Virus record (IMG/VR): IMGVR_UViG_3300030104_006890
Span: 1 to 54,206 of that record
Origin: a virus
Lineage: Duplodnaviria; Caudoviricetes
DNA length: 54,206 nt
Strand: one strand, 5' to 3'
Position numbers and translations under genes: made by a program. Below are positions 20,881 to 31,600 of this stretch, piece by piece (the stretch's first letter is position 1; each line of letters begins with the position of its first letter). A model generated the notes under the pieces. The model did no database searches. It worked only from the letters and a program-made list of their open reading frames with translations, and was not told the DNA's origin.

Positions 20881-23800
20881 TACTCAATTTCCTCTAGTTT
20901 AAATTTATACTTTTTACCATTCTTTCTATTTAATAAGTATAAGTCATCTTCACCTTCCTGAATTGTCCATGAACCTGTTGTTCCATCTACTTCGTTTCCT
21001 TCTGTGCCTTCATTGGATAGTTCTATATCACCAATGTGAGCATTTGCCCATCTATGAGTTGATGAACCTAAATCATGAGTGTTATCAATACTAGGAATGA
21101 AATTATTACTATATACTCCAAACGAACCTGTTGATTGAGCAGAACCACTTACATTACCAGATGTTAATCTTACATCTCCTGCATTTAGTAAAAGGTTTCC
21201 AGCACCATCTACTCTAGTTAAAAGTGAATCATCTTTATCTCTTATCTGTAAGGCAAAATCAGAGGTATTAGTACCTGCTCTTACATAAAGACCAAAGTTA
21301 CGACCAGCAGTTCCTTCTAAATTACGAAGTAAAGCTACATAATTATTATCTATCTCCTTTGTGACTTCAAATGCTAAACTAGGTGAGTTAAAACTTGCTA
21401 CAGTTCCAATAGCAATTCCATTTGCTCTACCATAAACATCATTATTACTTATTTGTAAATGACCAAACGAACCAGTTGATGTTGCTGAACCACTTATATT
21501 ACCAGTGGCAGTTAAGGAACTCACATTAGTTAAATTATTACCATCTAAGTTAATATCTTGAGTTGCTGTATGATTTCCTAAATTATCACCACCAGCAACA
21601 GCAGCTGCCAAAGAAGAAGATACATTAGGAAAGCCTGGTATGCTTAAAATACCACCAATATTAGAAGCACCAGCAGTTTCTAATATACCAAACGAACCAG
21701 TTGATGTTGCTGAACCACTTACATTACCTACATAATCTGTGAATTGAGCACTTGTTCCAACAAGACTACCAGTCATTTGTATTTCACCACTACCACTAAA
21801 GAATGTTGCTGGTGAATGAAATACTACTTTTTGTCCGTCACCTCTTAGTAAACTTGTACCTGTATTACCGACTGCAAAATGAAATGTATCTAGTGAAGCA
21901 TTACCTGTGTGACCACCTCTGACATAAATTCCTCTATTTCCACCTTGACTACCCTCTGCGTATATCAGATAAGCAGTATTACTAGCTGAAACATGAAGAT
22001 TATATTGAGGTGCACGATTTCCATCAAACGCACCAATTCCAACTGAATATAGATTCTCACCACCAACGGCTAATGTTGTTACATCGCTACTTTGATTTGA
22101 TGCTTGAAATACCCAACTTGCTTGGTCAAATCCACCTCTTTTTATTCGGATTTTGGCACTATTAGCATATCCACTATTCCAACCAGCGTTTATAACATCT
22201 TCAGCCGCATAAGTTCCTAATGAAGCACTATGATACAGTCTGTTACCATCTGATAATACTATATCATTTCCATTGGTATCTAAGTTACCACCAAGTTGTG
22301 GAGAAGTATCATCAACAAGATCATCCATTGAACCACCACCACCACCACCAGTTCCAAATCCACTTGCAGCCGCAGATGAGGAAACCGCAGTTGTGAAATT
22401 ATTTCCACCAACCATAATGTGTCCAAACGAACCAGTTGATGTTGCTGAACCACTTATACTTCCTGTAACTTCTAAATTACCATCTACTAAAACTTTTCCG
22501 TCAACATATAATTTCGCATTATTTCCAGTTGTGTATAAGGTACTAGTTATATTAACATCACCATCATTAGTGATAAGCATCCTTCTTGTGGTGCCAGTAG
22601 AAAATTGTATAAAACCATTTGAAGTAGTATCTCTATTTTGAATTATAGCTCTACCACTAAGAGTATTTCCTATTTCAAAATTACGAGGTGTTCCATCATT
22701 ATCACTTGTCAATACTAAGGAGGCACCATCATCTGGCGTAGATATTTGAAAGGTTTTAGCAAAACCACCAGGACTTGTCGGTGTTGATGTGCCTATACCA
22801 AAATCGTTTCCATCAGATGCGATTTGTCCACCATTAATTTTTAATATACCAAACGAACCTGTTGAGGTTGATGAACCACTTACTCTAGTTACATCATCTA
22901 TCGTACCACCATTAATGTCAGGACTTGTTAAAGTTTTATTTGTTAATGTATCAGTTGTGTTTGTACCAATTAATGTGGTGGTTGTAGCTGGTAAAGTTAC
23001 TGTTACATTTCCCCCAAAATCCGCATGTGCTGGTGCTTGTAGAGCTACATAATGAGCGTTGTTTACCTCACAATATAATCTAATTTGTGATTGAACACCT
23101 TGATTGTGAACACTTACATATCCACCATCTATATTTAAATTACCGGAAGCGTTGAGATATCCGAATGAACCTGTTGACGATGCCGAACCACTAATATTAC
23201 CACCAAAATTTGACAAATCATTTTTTAAAATATTACCTTGGTTACCCATACCACTGTGAACATTACATTTATAGAATAAACGATTTGCTGTAGTTTTATT
23301 TACCTGCAATTCTGTGTAGGCACCAGTTGTTCCAGGCGTTCCGTTTGTGGTAACACCAGTGGTGTAAGTAGAACCATCCTCTGTTAAACTAAATCTAAAT
23401 GGATGACCATCATTTGAACTATCTGATTGGTCGAAACGATAAGTTTTTCCTTCACTAACGACCAAATTTGGAGTGGTTGCATCTTCAAAAGCAAAATGAT
23501 CACCACCATCGTCTACTACAGTCACTTTTATTATTTCAGTAATGTTACCGATTATTCTACCTGGAGTTGTAGTAGTGACTTGTCCAAACGAACCAGTTGA
23601 AGTTGATGAGCCACTTATGTTTCCATTTCCAATGACATTTGCACCAAATGTAGTATTATTTGAACTATCTATGGTAATAGCTCTTCCTATACCAGTTGTA
23701 GCACCTGTCCAAATTTTTAAACTATCATCTGAATGATTGTATTCTACTGCTCCTCTATATACAGCATTACCAGTTCCATCACCAAAGTATAGAGCACCAT

Positions 23801-25133
23801 AACCACCAGTAGATGATATTACTGAAATTCCAGAGTTTGAACGATTTCCACGAGCACCCCCAATGGTCATTGAAGTTACACCATTAGCTGAGTAAGCTGC
23901 AGGATTTGATATTCCCAATCCTATTCTATCATTTACATAAAGACTACCAAACGAACCAGTTGAAGTTGATGAACCGCTTATGTTACCAGCTATTTCTAAA
24001 TTACCATTTTGAACCTCTAATCCACCTGAAATTTGTAATGAACCAGTAAATTTATGAGTGTCATTACTATCATCACCAAATATTGTTGAGCCACTACTGA
24101 ATGATTGTGTCATAAAAGTCACAGATGAAGATACTATATATCTTTCAGCAGTTATATCTCCAGCAACTCTTAAACCAGAAAATACCGGACTTGATGTTGT
24201 ATTTAACTCTTGGTCTAAGTCTGTGATATTATCGGCTACAGTTTTATTTAACTCAGTTCCGCCAATCGCTAAGGTGTCAGCACTAACTTCAATTCTACCA
24301 AATGAACCAGTTGAAGTTATTGAACCACTTATTTTTCCATCAAATTCAAACCCTTTGTTAAACGAACCACTAATGTAAGAAGCAATTTGTGCACTTCCAC
24401 TAATTAATGTATTACTCAACTCTGATTCAGCAGTTGTTAATCTTGAAGCAAGACTTGAACTCGTTGATGTAAACGAACCACTAATTGATGTTGCTAATTG
24501 AGCACTACCACTTACAATATCAGTTGGGACATTTGTTAAGCTTGTATATGAAGTTACACCTGAATTTAAAGCGTGACTTGCTGTTATAGCATTACTTGCA
24601 CTTGCAACTATTGTAGTACCATCTACGATATTTGAAACTCTACTTGCTAAACTACTACTTGTTGGTGTAAAAGAACCACTAATACCAGCAGATGTAAAAG
24701 ATGCTGGTAAATTAGTTAGTTGACTTCCATCACCTAATATTAAACCAAATGAACCAGTTGAGGTTGCAGAGCTACTTATATCTCCACTAGAGGTTATGTG
24801 GGTTATAGCAGTTATGGAGTTTGTTGATTTATCATATGTGAAACCAGCGTCACCACCAGTCACACCACCATCATTGAATTGTACAAAGGTATTTGAACCA
24901 CCAGGTGTGGCAGTTGCAGTCAAATTGGTTAAACCACGACCATCACCCTGCAAAAAACCAAATGAAGCAGTAGATTGTGCAGAACCACTAAAAAGTGTAA
25001 ATTCGTTACCAGTTATACTACCACTAAAAGTAGTAAAAGAAGCAGTTTCAGCTATTACTGAATTCCATCTTTTTTCTTCAGTTCCTAGTTGACCTTCGTT
25101 GTTACCTCTTGGGACTATATTTTTTGTAGGCAT
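20880..25133 (-). CDS. Tail fibre protein (1417 aa) with an internal cupredoxin-like module
   Basis: About 11 SGSxTSTGSFG repeats; HPFRFS...YKCNVHSGMG module; C-terminal DLGSSTHRW...GSWTIQEGEDDLYLLNRKNGKKYKF tip. Confidence 0.8.
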   Translation of the reverse strand: MPTKNIVPRGNNEGQLGTEEKRWNSVIAETASFTTFSGSITGNEFTLFSGSAQSTASFGFLQGDGRGLTNLTATATPGGSNTFVQFNDGGVTGGDAGFTYDKSTNSITAITHITSSGDISSSATSTGSFGLILGDGSQLTNLPASFTSAGISGSFTPTSSSLASRVSNIVDGTTIVASASNAITASHALNSGVTSYTSLTNVPTDIVSGSAQLATSISGSFTSTSSSLASRLTTAESELSNTLISGSAQIASYISGSFNKGFEFDGKISGSITSTGSFGRIEVSADTLAIGGTELNKTVADNITDLDQELNTTSSPVFSGLRVAGDITAERYIVSSSVTFMTQSFSSGSTIFGDDSNDTHKFTGSLQISGGLEVQNGNLEIAGNISGSSTSTGSFGSLYVNDRIGLGISNPAAYSANGVTSMTIGGARGNRSNSGISVISSTGGYGALYFGDGTGNAVYRGAVEYNHSDDSLKIWTGATTGIGRAITIDSSNNTTFGANVIGNGNISGSSTSTGSFGQVTTTTPGRIIGNITEIIKVTVVDDGGDHFAFEDATTPNLVVSEGKTYRFDQSDSSNDGHPFRFSLTEDGSTYTTGVTTNGTPGTTGAYTELQVNKTTANRLFYKCNVHSGMGNQGNILKNDLSNFGGNISGSASSTGSFGYLNASGNLNIDGGYVSVHNQGVQSQIRLYCEVNNAHYVALQAPAHADFGGNVTVTLPATTTTLIGTNTTDTLTNKTLTSPDINGGTIDDVTRVSGSSTSTGSFGILKINGGQIASDGNDFGIGTSTPTSPGGFAKTFQISTPDDGASLVLTSDNDGTPRNFEIGNTLSGRAIIQNRDTTSNGFIQFSTGTTRRMLITNDGDVNITSTLYTTGNNAKLYVDGKVLVDGNLEVTGSISGSATSTGSFGHIMVGGNNFTTAVSSSAAASGFGTGGGGGGSMDDLVDDTSPQLGGNLDTNGNDIVLSDGNRLYHSASLGTYAAEDVINAGWNSGYANSAKIRIKRGGFDQASWVFQASNQSSDVTTLAVGGENLYSVGIGAFDGNRAPQYNLHVSASNTAYLIYAEGSQGGNRGIYVRGGHTGNASLDTFHFAVGNTGTSLLRGDGQKVVFHSPATFFSGSGEIQMTGSLVGTSAQFTDYVGNVSGSATSTGSFGILETAGASNIGGILSIPGFPNVSSSLAAAVAGGDNLGNHTATQDINLDGNNLTNVSSLTATGNISGSATSTGSFGHLQISNNDVYGRANGIAIGTVASFNSPSLAFEVTKEIDNNYVALLRNLEGTAGRNFGLYVRAGTNTSDFALQIRDKDDSLLTRVDGAGNLLLNAGDVRLTSGNVSGSAQSTGSFGVYSNNFIPSIDNTHDLGSSTHRWANAHIGDIELSNEGTEGNEVDGTTGSWTIQEGEDDLYLLNRKNGKKYKFKLEEIE

Positions 25134-25134
25134 A

Positions 25135-25449
25135 CTAATCCTCCAAGAAACTCACAGTTGAACCAGAAGTAAACAACATTACATTTCTAGGCATAACATC
25201 ACCATTTGAATCAACTTCCCATCTTCTATCCACAACAAATTTTGTCGTGGTATCTACTAAAACATAGTCATCACCATCTATCTCAAAAGCTTCTGATAAA
25301 TTTTTATTGAAGGTTAAGGCATCCATACCAACACCAGTCAAACCACTACCATCTCCACTAAAAGAACTAGCAGTGATAGCACCATCTACATTTAAAGAGG
25401 ATAAACTGGCATCTGAGCCAGAAACTATTATTTTTTTCCAACTTGGCAT
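25135..25449 (-). CDS. Small virion/fibre-associated protein
   Basis: N-terminus MPSWKKIIVSGS is identical to that of the 477 aa protein; AGGAG RBS. Confidence 0.8.
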   Translation of the reverse strand: MPSWKKIIVSGSDASLSSLNVDGAITASSFSGDGSGLTGVGMDALTFNKNLSEAFEIDGDDYVLVDTTTKFVVDRRWEVDSNGDVMPRNVMLFTSGSTVSFLED

Positions 25450-25465
25450 TTCAACTCCTATCGCG

Positions 25466-25512
25466 GTTGGTTACTCATCGTTGAGCCCACTTCTTCTATT
25501 TCAGAAGCCAAC
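25466..25512 (-). promoter_or_regulatory. Putative structured RNA leader (three-way junction)
   Basis: Helices GUUGG/CCAAC, CUUCU/AGAAG and GCUCA/UGAGU in a GC-enriched intergenic gap just 5' of an RBS. Confidence 0.55.
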
Positions 25513-25520
25513 AATAAAAA

Positions 25521-25742
25521 TTATTTATTTAAACTTTTATAGTATTCTTGAAGTTTTACAATCAAGTTATAAGTAAACTCAATTTCAACTCCCTTAAACT
25601 CTATTTGAGCTAATTTAGCTAAAATAAATTTAACTTCATCAGAACTCAAATTAAAATTTTTTTCACCAACCACATTAGGTTGATTGTTTTCCTTCGGAAT
25701 ACTTTGTTCCGAAACAGCTTGACTTAAAGACTTAGCTGGCAT
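25521..25742 (-). CDS. Small hypothetical helical protein (possible fibre chaperone)
   Basis: 73 aa ORF with GAGG RBS inside the fibre operon. Confidence 0.7.
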   Translation of the reverse strand: MPAKSLSQAVSEQSIPKENNQPNVVGEKNFNLSSDEVKFILAKLAQIEFKGVEIEFTYNLIVKLQEYYKSLNK

Positions 25743-25764
25743 TTATAACCTCTCATTTTAATTT

Positions 25765-27198
25765 TTAACTTCCTGTATAGATGTATATTTCACCATCACT
25801 TGTAATATACATTTCTCCCACACCATATTGAACATCACCCTCATCAGGTTCTGATGAGTCCCCACCAACCGTAACAGTTCCCACAAAAGCACCAGGCGTT
25901 ACTGCAGTATCATCTGCTTTCACATTTTTTGCAACAGACCATCTACCACCGTTGGGATTAGTATTTTCAGCAGTAGTTATGTCGTGATATAAAGCACTAC
26001 CCGTATCACCATTACTTCCACTTTGAACAAGAATACCAGCGTCAACATTGGCATTTTTTGAACCAGAAGCAAAGAATCCAAATTGGTCTGCAATAACTAA
26101 TGTTTCAGCGGCACTCTGAGAACCTTGTAAAGTTAGATTTCCACCAATAGTAACATTTCCACCAAATACATCAGGTCCAGATGTCGTTGTTATTCTACCA
26201 AATGTTACATTATCACTCTGACCTACACCTTGTGTTGTTCCAGTTCCTTCAAGAGTCGTAATCCTTGATGTAAGACTAGAAGATAAATTTGTAGATGAAC
26301 CACTTATCTGTGATGCAATTTGAGCAGAGGAACTTATTAGTGTATTACCTAATTCAGATTCAGCAGTTGTTAATCTACCTGCAAGAGATGAACTTAATGA
26401 TGTAAGTGAACCACTTATAGAAGTAGATAATTGTGCAGAACCACTAACTAGACCAGTTGGTAACTGATTAGAACTTGATATTATACCAGATGGAACATTT
26501 GTTAAATCATCGTAACTTGAAACACCACTACCACCAGTTCCAAATCCAGCTGCCGCAGCTGATGAAGAAACTGCCGTTGAAAAAGATTCTCCATTTAATG
26601 CAAAAGCACCAGAAATTGTTAGTGAGCCTGTAAACTGATGTGTATCTTGACTATCATCACCAAAAATAGTTGAACCACTACTGAATGATTGAGTCATGTG
26701 AGTTACAGACGAACTTACAATATAATTTTTTGCTATAACATTACCAGTAGCTTCTATATCGCCTGTTACAGAAACATTACCATTAGATGTTAAACCAGCA
26801 AAAGTAGGACTCGCATCAGTTTTTACTGATTGATTTAAAAGACTCTCGTTAGTAGTTATTCTACTAGCTAAACTTGATGATGTTTCAGTAAAAGCACCAC
26901 TTATTGCTGTTGCAATTTGCCCACTACCACTAATTAGAGTATTACCTAACTCTGATTCAGCAATCGTCAACCTACTAGATAAAGAAGAACTAACAGAGGT
27001 GAAAGAACCACTAATTGATGTTGCTAATTGAGCACTACCACTAATTAATGTTGGTTTTCCACTTACATTTGCAAATGTTACACTAGCAGCAGTTACATTT
27101 GTAATACCACTACCGTCACCTTTAAATCCTCCTGAAGCAGTTATTTCATTCAGTACAGCATTACTTCCGCTTACTATAATCTTTTTCCAACTAGGCAT
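25765..27198 (-). CDS. Tail fibre-like protein (477 aa)
   Basis: Ser/Gly-rich; repeated ISGSxTSxSSSLASRLT heptad-like segments; shared FSSGSTIFGDD..DTHQFTGS module. Confidence 0.8.
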   Translation of the reverse strand: MPSWKKIIVSGSNAVLNEITASGGFKGDGSGITNVTAASVTFANVSGKPTLISGSAQLATSISGSFTSVSSSLSSRLTIAESELGNTLISGSGQIATAISGAFTETSSSLASRITTNESLLNQSVKTDASPTFAGLTSNGNVSVTGDIEATGNVIAKNYIVSSSVTHMTQSFSSGSTIFGDDSQDTHQFTGSLTISGAFALNGESFSTAVSSSAAAAGFGTGGSGVSSYDDLTNVPSGIISSSNQLPTGLVSGSAQLSTSISGSLTSLSSSLAGRLTTAESELGNTLISSSAQIASQISGSSTNLSSSLTSRITTLEGTGTTQGVGQSDNVTFGRITTTSGPDVFGGNVTIGGNLTLQGSQSAAETLVIADQFGFFASGSKNANVDAGILVQSGSNGDTGSALYHDITTAENTNPNGGRWSVAKNVKADDTAVTPGAFVGTVTVGGDSSEPDEGDVQYGVGEMYITSDGEIYIYTGS

Positions 27199-27199
27199 T

Positions 27200-27790
27200 T
27201 TAGTCTCCTATTCCAAGATAAAATTCGTTTTCATCTGTATTATAATAAAAACCCCCTTCGACAAAATCAGGTTCCTCTGTGAATCCACCAAAGTTAATTA
27301 CACCTTTATTATTTACTTCAAAAGCAGAAAAACTTCCTGATTTAACTAAGAAAAGGTCTTTCTCAACAGATGTAGGTGTTATAGATAAATAAGAATCAAA
27401 AGAGTTATCTCCAACATTAAACTCTTGAAGTGAACCAGTTCCTTGTATTAAAAAGTTTCCTGTACCGTTTATGTCATTAGAATTTAAATCTAAGTCCCCA
27501 CCAAGTTGAGGAGTTGTATCCTCGTGTATGTTGGATAGTCCACCACCACCGTAAGACTCTAAGTTTGTCGCACCCCAATAAAGAGTGCCACCTCGACTGT
27601 GTAATTTATTACCAGTTTGAGATGTTCCATTTTCAATTTCTAAAAATTCACTTGTGGTGAAAGAACCAGAAAGACGAAAGTCATCTAACCTATTACCAAG
27701 AGCATCAAAGATAGTTTTGTCATCTCTACGAACTTGTAGTAAATTCTGAAACCCCTCTGATATCAATATATTGGTTAAATCAAATGACAT
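27200..27790 (-). CDS. Virion structural protein
   Basis: Contains the EDTTPQLGGDLDLNS module shared with the fibre genes. Confidence 0.75.
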   Translation of the reverse strand: MSFDLTNILISEGFQNLLQVRRDDKTIFDALGNRLDDFRLSGSFTTSEFLEIENGTSQTGNKLHSRGGTLYWGATNLESYGGGGLSNIHEDTTPQLGGDLDLNSNDINGTGNFLIQGTGSLQEFNVGDNSFDSYLSITPTSVEKDLFLVKSGSFSAFEVNNKGVINFGGFTEEPDFVEGGFYYNTDENEFYLGIGD

Positions 27791-27791
27791 A

Positions 27792-28307
27792 CTAATCTAA
27801 CCTCTTTAAAACCTTTGATAAAAAGACATTAAAACCTTCTTGAATGTTTGCTTCCTTATAATAATTATGTAAAACAGGAGTGAAACGAGACTTGTTTTTT
27901 ACCAACATTTTTTTGGTAATTCCATTTTCTATTAACATTTTCATCAATTCGGTTTCTGGTGTGATTCTTTCAACAACAATTTGTGGTTTTTGTTCTTCTT
28001 TATTTAATACCTCTACAGTAACTTTTTTACTAACTTTTACTTCAAAATCTTCTTCATATGGTTGAAAGTAAGCATCTTCTGCAATAACTTCCAATTCCAT
28101 TGTTCCCTTTTGCCCTTCTTCAGTCAATCCCTTTAATTTAGGAAAAACAATTTCACCCTTACCACCAGACTTTATCTTACCTTCAATCATAAGATTTTTA
28201 TCATCTAACTTAAGAATAGCTCTAATTTTTGAATCTTTTATATCAACACCTTCAAGTGCTACATTACATTCAAATAATTCTTTTTTATCTGTATAAAGTT
28301 TAAGCAT
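27792..28307 (-). CDS. Hypothetical protein
   Basis: 171 aa ORF, tightly packed. Confidence 0.75.
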   Translation of the reverse strand: MLKLYTDKKELFECNVALEGVDIKDSKIRAILKLDDKNLMIEGKIKSGGKGEIVFPKLKGLTEEGQKGTMELEVIAEDAYFQPYEEDFEVKVSKKVTVEVLNKEEQKPQIVVERITPETELMKMLIENGITKKMLVKNKSRFTPVLHNYYKEANIQEGFNVFLSKVLKRLD

Positions 28308-28614
28308 ATATTCTCGCAGATGGTTTCTTTAGCACCTCTTGTATTACTAAATCTATGTTTGATAATGATATATTCACATTTTGTGGAATTTGAACATTAT
28401 CTTTTATTGTTTTGCCTTTTACCTTTAGTATCAACTCAATTACTTTTCTTTTCTTTTCAGGTTCTTTTTTAAACAGTTGGTCATATAGTTCTTTTCTTTT
28501 ATATCTTCCACCCACATCTTGAATCAAAGATAGTTCATAAGCAATACTAAATTCAGCAAATGTAAATTGAGCAGCCCCAAAGGCTATATTTGCTTGACCA
28601 AATGTAGTCGGCAT
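28300..28614 (-). CDS. Hypothetical protein
   Basis: 104 aa ORF after the promoter motif, with AGGA RBS. Confidence 0.7.
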   Translation of the reverse strand: MPTTFGQANIAFGAAQFTFAEFSIAYELSLIQDVGGRYKRKELYDQLFKKEPEKKRKVIELILKVKGKTIKDNVQIPQNVNISLSNIDLVIQEVLKKPSARIYA

Positions 28615-28636
28615 AAACTTATCCTAATTATTCATA

Positions 28637-28644
28637 TATAAATA
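28637..28644 (-). promoter_or_regulatory. Putative late promoter TATTTATA
   Basis: Intergenic; the 22-bp context aattattcatatataaatataa is identical to the site at 3954-3975. Confidence 0.65.
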
Positions 28645-28657
28645 TAAAGTAAATTTG

Positions 28658-31600
28658 TTATCCACAATGATAAGTACAAGCAATTAATATTGATTTGTAT
28701 CCTAAATCAGCATCATTACTGGCTGATGTGAAATTATAAGGTTGAGTGGCTTTTGCTACTGTATAGTTATGCATTAAATCGTCATCTTGTTTTTCACCAT
28801 GTCCTGTTCTAGTAGATGAACATATGTAATCACCAGTCTCTATGTTTCCATTAGTATCTGTAACTCTAATCATCCCCTCACCAACAGCATTGTAATTTAT
28901 TCTTGGAAGTGTTCGGTCTAAATGTGAATCGTTATGTCCAGCTGAACCTGTTTCAGAAAATACACCCATTACGGCTTTGTCTTTTTGTGTTGTTGTTAAT
29001 TCAACTTCTGGCCAAGCAAGTGATATCGAACTACCAGTTGCTAAGATATTACCAGTGGATTTTACTATCATACCTGGTTTCCAATCATCATAGGATGAAC
29101 CACTTGGTCTTTGTGAAATGTGACCACCAGTAAATGTGCCATACAAAACTTCTGAATGAATACGGCCAACTTCTCCACCACCATCTGAAAATCTTATGAA
29201 ATCATGATTAGAGTTAAGAGTGCTATCGCTTGAAAAATCAAGATGAAGAATACATGCTCCAGCATTGATAGCACTATCAGCAAATTCCATAATATTCGCA
29301 ATTTTATCTGTGCCTGCATCAGAAGTTGGTGTTTTGGTATACAGTGCCGGTTGGGCATAATCAGGTACTTCAACATATAAGGCTGCTGTTGGTGTAGATG
29401 GACTAAAAGCAGCGCCTGTAAATCCCACATGTAAAAGTCCTTCTGGTGTTGATTGTGCTATACCAACTCTATTCGTTCCCCCATCTACTTTCAACATATT
29501 GGTTTCGCCGTCAGATTCTACTCTAAAATTTACATCATTAGAATCATCGTTTATTATAACAGCATCACTTGAGCCCTCTTTGAGTGTCACCATTTTTACA
29601 CCACCGGCAACTAAATCTATGTTATCGGCACCAAATGAAATTTTTGTATCATCGTCAGCTGTACGAAAGACGGCGGTATTAACAGAAAAATTCTCAGCAA
29701 TAACATTTCCACTACCACTTATGTTACCAGTAACAGATAAAGTTTCAGGTGGACTTGCGGTGCCGATGCCGACTCTACCTGAACCTTTCACAAAAAATAG
29801 ACCAGAACCTGCCTGACTATTAATTTCTAAAGCATTATCAGCAGCACTTGTTCCAGCTTGAATTAGAACACCCTCACTATCGCCAGCAGTAGTTTCTAAA
29901 TTTTTAAACGATGCGACATGGGTGTTGACAGATTCACCATCTGCAGCCTCCACATGTAGTCTACTACCTGGACTTGTGGTGCCGATGCCGACTTCTCCAG
30001 TTCTTTTTATAAACATATCGTAAGTAGGAGCTGCAGAATTATCATCTGCTGTACTTCTAGCAAAATACATATCACCTTGATTTGCTAATACGCCTCTTGA
30101 AATACCAGATGATTGACCTTTCCATACGATTCCACCACCACCAGATGCTTTTGAATCTATTTCAATAAAATTACCATGTCCATCGCTTGTATAAAAAGCA
30201 TCACTTTTTGAAACATGAAGTGTTCCAGCTACAGAAAGTTTTCTACTTGGACTTGTTGTGCCGATGCCGACTCTACCTGATTCAACAATTCTTACCTTTT
30301 CAGAACCACCAATATCAAATCTGTGATAACCAGTGCCTACATTGTTTACATCTGCAGAGTATTCTAGTCCAACATCACCACCAGCTAGTATTTTATGTTT
30401 TAAATTACTAACATCTGAGTCCTCTAATGTTATTGTTGGGAAAGCTGCTTTTAGATGCAACTCTGATTCAGGACTCGTGGTGCCGATGCCCACAGTTTGT
30501 GAACTAATAATACGACCAAACGAAGCAGTAAAATCATTTGAACCACTTATACCGTAATAAACAGGAGCAAATCCACCTGGTGCTAAATGATTTACATCTT
30601 TTCTATCTATACAACCTATTACTAATTTTTCTTGAAGACTTCCGCCTATACCAGTATTATATTTTAATTTTAATCCTCTGTCAGTTGAATTAAAACTACC
30701 AGATAAATTTTCAATAGTTATACTTTCAAATAAAGCTTCTAAATCATCATAAGGATCTTTATGTGCCCATTCCCAAGTTTGACCAGGTGGAGAGAATTGT
30801 CCTGCATTTACTGTAGTTTTAAATTCGTGATTTGCAGAAAGAGTATCATCAGGTCTATATTCCCATATTTCTGTGTTTTTTGCACCTGCAGCAGAGAATA
30901 TACTTCTGGTCATTTTTCTGTTTGTAGCGGTATTTTTTGTTATATTTTCATAACCAGCAAGAACACCAGAATGTAAAGAAGAAGTAGTTTGACTAGTACC
31001 ACTTACAGTTTTATTTATTATTTTGTCATTTTCTAATGAAAATCCACCTATGTCACCTGATTCAGCATTTATTTCACCAGTTACAATAACATTACCATCT
31101 GGTTTTAAATGAAATCTAGATGAACTTACTTCTATATTACCATTTGAACCACTTACGAATTGTCCACCACCACCTAAGAAAAATTTAGGTGTTTGTATAT
31201 TAACACCACTTCCACTAATCGTTGTTGTTCCGCTGTTTTGTAATTCAAAAGTCCCACCGCTGTCAAATTTTAAAAAGTTTGTAGCGTCACCCACTCTAAA
31301 TATAGTTCTACCAGTGGTTGTTCCGTGTCCCATCTGAATTGGGATTGAATTGCCTCCCAATCCGAAATCACTTGAGGCATCACCACCCAATGTGATTGCA
31401 AAGACGGGATCATCATCGGGATCAACTATGTTGGCACTACCTAAATCTATTCTGAATTGTTCAGTACCGCCTGTTGAACCAATTAATTCATTTCGAGTAA
31501 ATGAAAATCCTGCTATTTCATTTCTTGTTTCAGATATTTCAAATACCCTATTACCACTATTATCAAATCCTCTCATTCCAAACGCACCGGCATCTACCTG

